Below are positions 1-10,927 of a stretch of DNA of 64,000 bases, in pieces; the stretch's first letter is position 1, and every line of letters starts with the position of its first letter. The notes beneath the pieces were generated by a model. It saw nothing but the letters and a program-made list of their open reading frames with translations. It made no database searches and was not told the origin of the DNA. The stretch is from Octopus bimaculoides (taxonomy: Eukaryota). Made by a program: the position numbers and the translations under genes. The stretch is from the NCBI RefSeq assembly GCF_001194135.2, contig NC_068995.1, positions 704,659 to 768,658 of the forward strand, written 5' to 3'.

Positions 1-762
1 TCTCTCTCTCTCTCTCTCTCTCTCCTTCTCTCTCTTTCGAATTCTTCACAGTAATTTGCTTTTCTGTTACTTATTGAAAATATTTTGTTCTCGTTAGCAA
101 TGAAAGTAGTGGGTTTTGAACTCGCATCCGAAGATGATAAGAATGTCATAAAGTAAAAATAAACTCGAAATAAAAATCACTACTAAATATAAACTACTAT
201 ATATAAACTACTTCCCTAAATAAATCAATTACAACTAATAATTAATTAGTTACATCCGTAACAGATGTATTACGTCAGACGGTTTAACCCAGACATTTAA
301 CCATCGGCTGCATTTAACGGAGTCCACACTGTTGCAAGAACTCAGACTTACTCTTCGGCTCATAAGAACTTGTTTATATTCCTAGGAACTCTTGAATAGA
401 ATGTCATATGCGCTGCCATATCTTCTTTAATTAAGCCGTTTAAAAAAAAAAAATTCAAATATTTTAAACTTTACAATGCCAGCCTCTGAATCTATGACAG
501 GTTTTAAACATCTCGGTGACAGGGCTAGGATAGGCTGTTGTAGTAAAACTCTGGTCAAAAGAAAAGGTTACATTCAGTAGGATAGAGTTGTTGAAAATAT
601 CTTTACTAGGTCGAAAATATAGGCTTCCGTAGTTTTTGTCTGGTTTTCGGTGTGCAATCGTGAGATAAGTCTTAGTTTTGTGGCAGGTTTCTTTAAAGGA
701 ATTGCAAACTTTTTAAAGTTTACGTTTGGTATGGCAAAAGAATAATTATGTATGGGTGTATA

Positions 763-807
<45 letters not shown>

Positions 808-1343
808 NNNNNNNNNNNNNNNNNNNNNNNNNNNNNNNNNNNNNNNNNNNNNNNNNNNNNNNNNNNNNNNNNNNNNNNNNNNNNNNNNNNNNNNNNNNNN
901 NNNNNNNNNNNNNNNNNNNNNNNNNNNNNNNNNNNNNNNNNNNNNNNNNNNNNNNNNNNNNNNNNNNNNNNNNNNNNNNNNNNNNNNNNNNNNNNNNNNN
1001 NNNNNNNNNNNNNNNNNNNNNNNNNNNNNNNNNNNNNNNNNNNNNNNNNNNNNNNNNNNNNNNNNNNNNNNNNNNNNNNNNNNNNNNNNNNNNNNNNNNN
1101 NNNNATATATATGAGAAAAATGATGTCTCTCAGATAGGATTCACCTTACGCATTTAGTATGTTTAACTGCTGAAATGCGTCAAGAATTCATCGTCTGAGA
1201 CGATTTTCCAAAAATATATGGCATGATTTTTTTCTAGGCAAAAAACATATGAATCGGAATGGAAAGAAAGCGAGTTTCCATTCACAGAATTCTTGAAAAA
1301 CATCGTAACATGTTTCATATTTTCTTCGCTATATCTCTTGCAG

Positions 1344-1355
1344 AATCTCGGCCTG
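1344..1355 (+). CDS. Microexon 1 (12 nt), phase 1-1, (E)SRP; probably filamin hinge-2 region
   Basis: atatctcttgcag|AATCTCGGCCTG|gtaagt: canonical acceptor and donor, length divisible by 3, homologous to the other microexons. Confidence 0.7.
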
Positions 1356-2129
1356 GTAAGTCAAATATATATATATATACATGCATTGCTTCCAGAATTT
1401 TCATTCATTTATTCTTCGTTTACCAATTTTTTATGGATCGTTCCTTCTTCTTCTCTTTCGGATTGCAAATCTCCGTATTGCTTTATCGCTCCTTTTTTGC
1501 ATTCGATTGCATTGTTCAAAGGAAATGGCCCGTTTAGAATAGTTATAACTCCAGTATTTCTTCATATTTTTTTAAACAGTTTTTTTTTTTTCATTTTAAC
1601 TATGGTTATTATTATTATTATTATTATCTTCCTTAATATATTTCAATATAATTTCTAACCCGAAATAGTTTAGGTTTTGTAACGGAATAGCAGTTTTCTT
1701 TCAGAAATATTATTAACAATAAATGTTGATTTCTGGCATGTCATGATGACGATGATGATGATGGATGAGGATAGCGATAATTAATACAGAATCTTGACAT
1801 AAATTATCAATGAAATTCTTTTATCCTTCATCGAAATTCTATGGTAGTAATGAATGGGGTAAGTTTCAACAGAATGCGGTGCCCCAGCTGGGCTCTCACC
1901 TGCAATAGCTGAAAACGACCTGACGTGCTGTCGTATATGGAATTTTTATATAAATGCAGAAAACGTATCTGATTGGATCAGAAGAAACAGATTCAAACTA
2001 GTGTGATTATACACACACAAACGTGTGTGTGTGTGTGTGTGCGTGAGTGCGTGCGTATGTGTGTGTGCGTAGGTATGTATGTGTGTATATATATATATAT
2101 ATACATACAAACATATATTTATATATATG

Positions 2130-2183
<54 letters not shown>

Positions 2184-3332
2184 CATACTCGCACGTATAT
2201 ATGTATATGCAAATATATGAACATTCATAAATAGCTATAGACAGACAGGCAGGCAGGCAGGCCCTGAAAACGTCCGTCAGAACTGACCTTCCGTTCTGTG
2301 TTTTTGTGTTTCATTCTAGCGGCGAAGTTTTTCGTGCTGAGTGCTTCGAGCGTCTCGTCGACTGATAATCTGCATCGCATTTTCCCCACCCCATTACATA
2401 TAGTTTCCAATCAATGCAACGAGAAAATCTCCACAGCACCGCTCTTTTCGAAATAATACAAAAAGTCCTTCATAACATTCTATGCAACCTTCAAGATATA
2501 AAAGCCTCTGAACATCTTACAAGAAAAAAAAACTACAACGTAATTCTGACTGGCACCTCTTTAGTTTTGGACTTACCTGTTCAGGGTTCACCTGGAAACT
2601 AATCGACAACAGTTCCAATAACAACATTCGATATAACCGATATTTATCAATGCCATATAATTGTCTAGACACGTCTTTGTCCTGATTTTTACCGATATCA
2701 TAGATCTCCGGATATTGATATCGTTGCTAGACAATAAATGTTTACCAGATTTAATCCTGTTAGTATGAATATCCTAGCAAGGGAATAAATATTCTGTTTG
2801 TTCCTATGTTGATTAGGTAGATCTTTCCGAATGCAGCTCTATGAATTAGATAATATTCGAAGTTTATCTCTATATGTTTCCTTCTAGCATGCATGCTGAT
2901 AATTCTTTCTCCATCAACGAATACATATTAAAAATACATATATACATCTATCCATATATACACAAAGATATATACATTTATATATGCACATATACGCGCA
3001 TAAATATATTCATATATACATATATGTATACACACACACATACATACGCACATTTAAACAGGGGTGCATATACATTTCATACATGACTATGTTCAAATTT
3101 ACATATATAAAATATATATATACACACACACACACACATTCCCTTAAGTATTCCTTATCTGATGATAATTTTTAAATAATCAATCTATATAGCACTCCAT
3201 TTATATATTCTTTCAACCGAAACTAACATCAATCTTAGTAGCCGTCATCCATCTTGTTTATCATATTAAACCCATAGAAAAACATCGTTTCAATATGTTG
3301 ACATGAAAATTGCTCGCTTTTATTGTTTTTAG

Positions 3333-3383
3333 TTTGTGTGGAGATGGGGATTCACGATTTTCTGCTGGATTCGAAGCTGTACG
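3333..3383 (+). CDS. Candidate 51-nt cassette exon, phase 1-1, (V)CVEMGIHDFLLDSKLY
   Basis: cttttattgtttttag|TTTGTG...CTGTACG|gtgaaa; open in phase 1; preceded by the aaaaacatcgt motif that also precedes microexons 1 and 4; the donor is weak. Confidence 0.35.
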
Positions 3384-3537
3384 GTGAAAAGCAGACATTA
3401 CTCATTTATATATGTATATATATAATATCCCAGAGCTCATTGTTTCTCTTTCAGTGTTCATAATGAAAGCAAAGTTTTCGTCTCACGCACTCTCTACTCT
3501 CTCTGTCTCTCTCTTTCTCTCTCTCTCTCTGTATGTA

Positions 3538-3587
<50 letters not shown>

Positions 3588-4238
3588 TAAATATATGAAA
3601 TATAATGTCTCTTAGGACTCACCTTACGTATTTTGTATACTCATCTACACCAATGCATCAAGAATCCCTCATCTGAGACGATTTGACACCCGTTTATTCT
3701 TTTCTATCTTCACCCTTTCCCTTTCTTCGTCTCTTCTTTCTGTGGATGAGCCTCTGCTCGAAATGTAAAGGCGTTTACCTTCTATTTTCAATATTAAACT
3801 AAATTCATTCTTTTTTTTACCTCGTCTTCGAGCCTCTTATTTTTGTATCATATAACGACAGCAGCCGTATCAATTCTGTTCTGGTGCAGGATTTGTTCTG
3901 CGTCGCGTCGCATGTAAACCACATATTTACAACTTATATTTAATCTCTATTATAACGCAGGGCTGACGACCATCCCGCTGAGAGGACAGCTTCACAGTGA
4001 TATGGTTCTAGCTTCAACTCAGTGCGGCACCTTGTGCAAATGTTCATCTCTCTCTGCGTGCGTGCGTGCGTGCCTGCCTCTGCGCGCGCGCGTGCTTGTC
4101 TGTGTTTGTGCGCGTGTGTTTGTGTGTGTGTGTGTGTGTGTAAGAGGACAGAGAGAAAGCATATCCGTACACAAATGCTAATTTGAAAACGTCAAACATA
4201 TTTCATTCATATCTTCTTCTTCACTATATTTCTTGCAG

Positions 4239-4256
4239 CACCTAACTGTCGACCTG
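4239..4256 (+). CDS. Microexon 2 (18 nt), phase 1-1, APNCRP
   Basis: cactatatttcttgcag|CACCTAACTGTCGACCTG|gtgagt. Phase 2 contains TAA; phase 1 is open. Confidence 0.75.
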
Positions 4257-5737
4257 GTGAGTCTAAAGACTATACATAATATATGCATACGTACGTGTGT
4301 ATGTATATATATATATATATATATATACGCATATTCTTTCATTCTCACATTGCATTTATTCATTCTTTTCCTTTACCATTTTCTCATTTAGAACTCGTTA
4401 TTTCAAATTCTCTTTCATCTTGCCAAAACAGTATGGCTTCTGCACTCTTTATTTTTGCATAAAAATGCATTTTTGCGAAGGAAATAGGTCCCTTAAAATA
4501 ACCACAATTTTTAGTTTATTTTAATCATGATGATGATTACGAAAATTTGTGGATAATTGCGAGGTAAATTATCACACCTTCCGTTAATCAGAGGATTCCA
4601 ATTCTCAACCGAATTTATTTGACGTTATCTTATCTGGGGCGCTTGAAATACAAGCCAAACTTTTCTCTGTCACTCAAACCATACAGAACATATCGGATAA
4701 CTAACCCCGCCCCAAATAAATATATATATATATATATATATATACACATCACATGAAGTGGTCATGACCGGAACGTCTTCTACAGTAAACCAACCTGTTC
4801 AGGGCTGATTTAGTTGCTAAGCCCTTGTAACTACAACAACTATGTTTCACATTGCCGATATTTATCATTACGAAATGCTTGTCGAGGGACATCTCTGTCT
4901 CGCTTCTTTGCTTTCATTCATTTAGTTTTCATTCTTGCATTGTTCCTATTTCTTTTCATTCGTATTCGTTTACCATTCTTTACATTTCTTTACATTTCGT
5001 TTCTGTTTCTTTCTGCATTCTTCATTACTGCTTTTCGCATCACTATTCTTTGCATTGGTATGCAGTCTTCGCAGACATATTACCCCTTTACTGTAGATAT
5101 ACCTTCAATATTTAGATTTTTTTTTTATGTTTTCATTACCTCTAAAATATTGTTATTATTATCATTATTATCATTAATAATAATGCTGATAATTTTACTA
5201 TAATACTTACTATATCGTTATTATCTTCCATAATATATTTAAATGTAATCGCTAACCCCTAAAAGTTATGTGATTTCATCAGAATGCATTTCTCCAGCTA
5301 GGTCTTTCTCGTAAGAACTTAAACCAGAAAAGAAACTGGCGACGTGTGATATTGTTATAGAGCAGCAGCAAACGTATTTCGTTGCGTCAGTTACAGTTGC
5401 GTTCTGAATAAAGACCGCAGATTATGCTCTAATAGTGTAAGCTGTTATTATTATTATAACTCAACCTGTTCAAGATTCAACGACAATGTCTCACATTGCC
5501 GATATCTGTTACTACAAAGTATTTGCCTACAACACAACTTTATCTCGCTTCTTTGCTTCTATTCATTTACTTTTCCTTCTTGCATCGTTCCTATTTACTT
5601 CCTTTTCATTCTTTTCGTTCACCAATTATTAAGGTTCGTTATTTCTCTCCCTGTTCTATATTGCAAACCTTCATGCTGCTTTTACGCTTCGTATTTTTGC
5701 ATTAAGATGCATCGCTAAAAGCGAATCGCCCGATTAC

Positions 5738-5835
5738 TAAAGATATAATGCCATGTATTTATATAAATCGATTTCCCATGTTAAAATAAAGATATAATGC
5801 CATGTATTTATATAAATCGATTTCCCATGTTAAAA
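5738..5835. repeat. Perfect 49-bp tandem duplication (2 copies)
   Basis: taaagatataatgccatgtatttatataaatcgatttcccatgttaaaa at 5738-5786 and 5787-5835. Confidence 0.9.
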
Positions 5836-6665
5836 TAATAATGCTTAGAATAATAATAATAATAATAATAAAAATAGCAACAATTAGTATCATTATTATT
5901 AGATTGCTGTTGTTATTATTATCACTGATACTATTATGGCCGTTATTATTAAGGCGACGGACTGGCAGAATCCTTTGTGCGTCGTACAAAATGCTTGATA
6001 GCATTTCATCTGACTCTTTACGTTTTGCGCTCAAATTCTGCCGAGATCTACTCTGCCTTTCATCCTTTCGGCGTCCATAAAATAAAGTACCGGTTGTGTA
6101 CTGGGCCGATGTAACTAACCCCTGTCCTTAATATGGCTGACCTTGTGTCAAAACCTCAAACAATTATAATGATATTAATAATAATCATGCTTATTATTAT
6201 TCTCATCCGTAATGTAGTCCTGTATAATCTCTGAGCCAAAAGTTAAATTACGGTAGAGTTATCCTTTAGGAAATAATATTAATAATACATACTGATTTCT
6301 TATATTCGAAGATCATCACCTTGATCATCATTATAACACCACAATGAGAGTGTTAAAGATTTGAGAATGATATAATTCATCAACGATCAGTTATATTGAT
6401 CATATAAACCACTTTGGAGCGATTACTGGACGTTCCAGCTGATCCTTATTAACTCTTGTTCGTTGGTGAAAGCCAACACACAAACTGTCGTATGTGATGG
6501 CTTTATAACATCAGAAAACGTATCTCATTCTCTTGGTATGAAATACGTAGGCTCGGAATGTATACTCGCCTCTGTATAATTCTAAGAAATGTAGCATATT
6601 CCAATTCAAAGTTCACTTTAAAATGTTGTACATATTTCATATCTTCTTCGCTATATCTTTTTCAG

Positions 6666-6677
6666 CTCCTCGACCTG
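6666..6677 (+). CDS. Microexon 3 (12 nt), phase 1-1, APRP
   Basis: cgctatatctttttcag|CTCCTCGACCTG|gtgagt. Confidence 0.75.
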
Positions 6678-7555
6678 GTGAGTCTCTTTCTTCCTATCTC
6701 TCCTAATCGCTATCTCACTCTCTTTCTTCCTCTTTACATATCTATTATATATATAATATATATAAACATATATATGCATACACATACATACCTTTTATTC
6801 AATTTCTTTTTCATTCTTGGTTTGTTTCAATTCAGTTCTTACAGAACTTCCATTCGTCTTTCTATCCATTCTCGCATTCCTTCCGTTTCATTTTTTTTTT
6901 TTTTTACCAATTTTTAATGGTTCTTTACTTTTGAATCTGTTCTGTATTGCAAACAGCAAAACCTGCAATACTCTTGTGGTCCATATTTTTACATTAAAAT
7001 ACATAATTCAAACCAAACTGCTCGTTTATTATACATATAACTGCAGTGTCAATATTTTTCTAATTTATAACTTTATATGATTATAATAATTTGGTTACAT
7101 ATAAATTCTAACCTTAATCATATATGTGGGGCACGTCGATTAATTAACCTAATTACTATCTTATAAATCACAGTCTGGGACAAATCATTTATTTTCCAAG
7201 ATATAATTGAATACATGGTTTCTTCAAACGATATTTAGTTATTGGACGGACTGATAGCAACCACGATAGATGATCTGTGGTTGGCATTATTTTATGCATA
7301 TGCACTACTCTAACCATTTGTATCGAGTGCATTTTTTTTTCATGATGCTGTCTAAAATTCAGAACATTCAGAAATTTCTGCCATTGAAAAATGCTTCAAG
7401 AATCCGTGTTAGGGTTATACATTTTAATTGACAATATATCTCAAGGAAAACTTTGAAAATATATACTACGGAACACGAAAACAGTGTATTTCAATTGTTA
7501 GTTCACTTAAAAACATCGTAAACATTTTATATTTTCTGCACTATATTTTTTGCAG

Positions 7556-7567
7556 CATATCGAATTG
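7556..7567 (+). CDS. Microexon 4 (12 nt), phase 1-1, AYRI
   Basis: cactatattttttgcag|CATATCGAATTG|gtgagt. Confidence 0.75.
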
Positions 7568-8825
7568 GTGAGTCTAATTTCTCCTCTGTCTCTCACTCTA
7601 TTTATANNNNNNNNNNTCTTCTCTTCTCTTTATATATATATATATATATATAACTTCCATGTTCTTTACTTATATCATTTAAAATTCATTTATTCTTTAA
7701 TTGTTTCACTTCCATCAATTTTCTTCAAATTCTGGCATTGCTTTCATTCATTTACTTTTCGTTTTTGCATCGCTTCTCGTCACTTTCTCTTCATTCATTT
7801 AATATATCAAATTTCTAAGGATGGTTATACACATACATCTCTGTTTCGTGTTGCAAAACACCGTACTGATCTTTCGCTCCTTAATTTTGCAATAAAATGC
7901 ATCACTCTCCCGATTGAAATAGACATAACTCCAATACTTACTTCTACTTACGTCTTAATTTTCATTATGCTTATAATATTAATAATAGTAATTATAATTA
8001 TTACTATGATCATAATATTTGCCATCATTGTTACTATTATTATAATAATCACAATTAGTTCATATTATTTGCATTTTCAAAGTTATTGCAATTATCTTCC
8101 ATAATTTATTTCGTTATAATCTCAAGCCCAAGAAGTTTAATAACAGAATAAACAGTTCTTTTAACAAATAATAGTAAAAAATAAATGTTGATGTCTTAGA
8201 TGTGACGGTGATGATGATAATAATTTGTGGAGATAGTTCAGGTAAATTACCAACGACAGGTTATGTTTGACAAGCAAATTATTTTTGAGAAATTACCGCA
8301 CTCAATCGGGTGCCTAGCTGGGCTTTAATAGAAACATCTAAAGCTAACTAGTAAATTATCATATGTAATAAATATATATATATATATATCAATAACAATA
8401 CAAGCAAACGAGCTTCATTACGTCATGTGAATCATATAACAAATTCTACAATCATTTGTAGTAACCTTAAATTATAATGAACAATAACGTATACATACGT
8501 GTGTGCATACATAGGCAAAGTAATATGTAGTACAAGTCTTCTGGCTCTGTTTACATAAAATTTTTCTGGCTTAAATTACAAATTCTGAACCTCACCGTTA
8601 TTCTAAGAACTCTAGTTTCTGCACACGAATGCACGCCTAATCTCTTACTTCGAATCCTCTTTAATTATGCTTTATTAGACCTGAAGCTTCCATTCGTTTT
8701 TGCACCTTTTCATCAAAAAATATATCACACGATATATATGTGCGTGTGCGAAACGAAGAAATTTTTCTTCAAACCCAGGTCCTCTTGGAAACATTTCATT
8801 ATCTCATTTGCATTATTGCTTTCAG

Positions 8826-8837
8826 CATCACAAGTTG
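8826..8837 (+). CDS. Microexon 5 (12 nt), phase 1-1, ASQV
   Basis: ttgcattattgctttcag|CATCACAAGTTG|gttggt; the donor is weaker, but the exon resembles microexon 6 and is followed by the shared intronic block. Confidence 0.6.
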
Positions 8838-8868
8838 GTTGGTTACACACACACTCTCTCTCTATATA

Positions 8869-8907
<39 letters not shown>

Positions 8908-10155
8908 CTCTATATATATATATCTATCTATCTCTCTCTATATATATATCTATCTATCTCTCTATATCTATCTCTCTCTATATCTATCTATCTCTCTCTC
9001 TATATATATCTATCTATCTCTCTATATCTATCTCTCTCTATATATATCTATCTCTCTCTCTATATATATATCTATCTATCTCTCTCTCNNNNNNNNNNNN
9101 NNNNNNNNNNNNNNNNNNNNNNNNNNNNNNNNNNNNNNNNNNNNNNNNNNNNNNNNNNNNNNNNNNNNNNNNNNNNNNNNNNNNNNNNCTCTCTATATCT
9201 ATCTCTCTCTATCTCTCTATATCTATCTCTCTCTCATTGCTTCTAATCACGTTCTTTACATTCTCGCATTGTTCCAACTCATTTTCCTTTCATTCTTTTC
9301 TATTACCATTTTATTTACCAATTTTTACTGCTGCTTTTATTCTTTTGCAATCTCTGCTTCCTATTGCTATAAACACCGTATCGCTTTCCTTCCCATTATT
9401 ATTATTATCAAATATTTTTTGTTATCTCTATCACATCTGTTATATCTTTGTTACATCTTTTACAATACATGTAACCCCAACATTGATTTCATCTTTATTT
9501 TCATTGTTTATATCATTATAATTATTTTGTTATTTTCACACGTCATCTATGCATTTCAATATAATTTCTAACTCAAATCATTAAGAGTAAAGAGTGAAAT
9601 ACCTGATGTCTTTATGAAACAATATTAACGAAGATGACGACGATGAGGATTACTGAAAAATCTTCATTCAATCTTCCAACGATAAATGACATCTGCCACA
9701 GATTTTATCTTGGCAGGAGGTATAATCACTGCATCCAATTTTAACAGAATGCAATACTCTAGCTAAGCCTTGCCCTCAATAACTAAAGTCACCTGAACAG
9801 TTCCCCCCTACAGCGTTTTTTTCGCGAATAACAGAAAGCGTAACATATTGTGTTCGTTTTATCACATACTGAATCAAATAATGATAGTAGTTGAAAATCA
9901 TACGTGTGTGTGTGTAGGGGTTCTGCATTTAAATATACTGGCACAAGAGAAACAATTGTCAATAATGTATCGTGTAATCATCAATTAAAGATGGAATTTC
10001 CTCCATTCTTGCTCATATTGTTATATATACATATACCATACACATATATGCACACACACACTGTATATATATATATATAGACAGTATATTCCAATTCAAA
10101 GCTCGTTTGAAATTTTCGTTATACGTTTCACATTTTGTTCATATCTCTCTTGCAG

Positions 10156-10167
10156 CATCGAAAGCTG
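10156..10167 (+). CDS. Microexon 6 (12 nt), phase 1-1, ASKA
   Basis: ttcatatctctcttgcag|CATCGAAAGCTG|gtgagt. Confidence 0.75.
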
Positions 10168-10409
10168 GTGAGTCATACAAGAATCTAGACGCACACATTT
10201 ACACATACATACACACATTTACACAAACACACACATTCATACTCATATATTCTAAATATATACGCATCGCTTCCATTTATTTAATAATCCTTGTTGCAAT
10301 GCTTCTATTCATTTTCTTTTCATTTCATTCTTTTTTTTATCAACTTTTGGAGTTCTTTATGTACATACTTACACACACACAGATATATATTCTTACATAT
10401 ATTCTCTTT

Positions 10410-10791
10410 TACTCTTTTACTTGTTTCAGTCATTTGACTGCGGCCATGCTGGAGCACCGCCTTTAGTCGAATCAAATCAACCCCAGGACTTATTCTTTGT
10501 AAGCCTAGTACTTATTCTATCGGGTCACTTTTTGCCGAACCGCTAAGTTACGGGGACATGATCAAGCCATGCTGGGTGGGCAGGACAAACACAGACACAC
10601 AAACACATACATATATATACATATATACGACGGACTTCTTCCAGTTTCCATCTACCAAATCCACTCACAAGGCTTTGGTCGGCCCGAGGCTATAGTAGAA
10701 GACACTTGCCCAAGGTGCCACGCAGTGGGACTGAACCCGGAACCATGTGGTTGGTAAGCAAGCTACTTACCACACAGCCACTCCTGCGCCT
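10410..10791 (-). mobile_element. tRNA-derived SINE, near full length (octopus-type family)
   Basis: The minus strand begins aggcgcaggagtggctgtgtggtaagtagcttgc...ggttccgggttcagtcccactgcgtggcaccttgggcaag (A/B-box-like head) and ends gcggtgctccagcatggccgcagtcaaatgactgaaacaagtaaaag. Many related copies occur in the window. Confidence 0.85.
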
Positions 10792-10825
10792 ATATAGTGA
10801 AAAAAAAACAGAAAGAGTACAGTAA

Positions 10826-10927
10826 ACTTACCATGGCGAGTGGAAAATCGAACGTTTTGGACCGATACCTTCATCGGGAAAAAAATTGAGAAAAGAGAAA
10901 ATAATGCGATACGTCAGCTTTTTATAT
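10826..10927 (-). promoter_or_regulatory. Possible antisense promoter and first exon (TATA, pyrimidine-rich initiator, GCCATG|GTAAGT), or a Penelope-like terminal remnant
   Basis: Minus strand: TATAAAAAG at 10926-10918, ctCttttc about 31 nt downstream, then cgccATG (10834-10832) followed directly by gtaagt. Confidence 0.35.

Larger units (their letters stand above)
1100..10400 (+). repeat. Degenerate tandem duplication of an intronic unit (acceptor region, microexon and about 500-600 nt downstream block), about 6-8 copies
   Basis: The same motifs recur in the same order: ttcatat(c/t)ttct-c(g/a)ctatat before the acceptors (about 1315, 4205, 6635, 7525); attatcttcc(t/a)taat(a/t)tattt (about 1622, 5219, 8092); aaatgttgat..gatgacgatgatg (about 1721, 8183, 9596); acagaatgc..agct(g/a)g (about 1868, 5279, 9743). 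Confidence 0.8.

Noticed and set aside
10700-10791. tRNA-like A/B boxes at SINE heads (also about 28740, 37520, 45500, 62275)
   Set aside because: Each continues into the shared SINE body and lacks a complete cloverleaf, so none is called as a tRNA gene.
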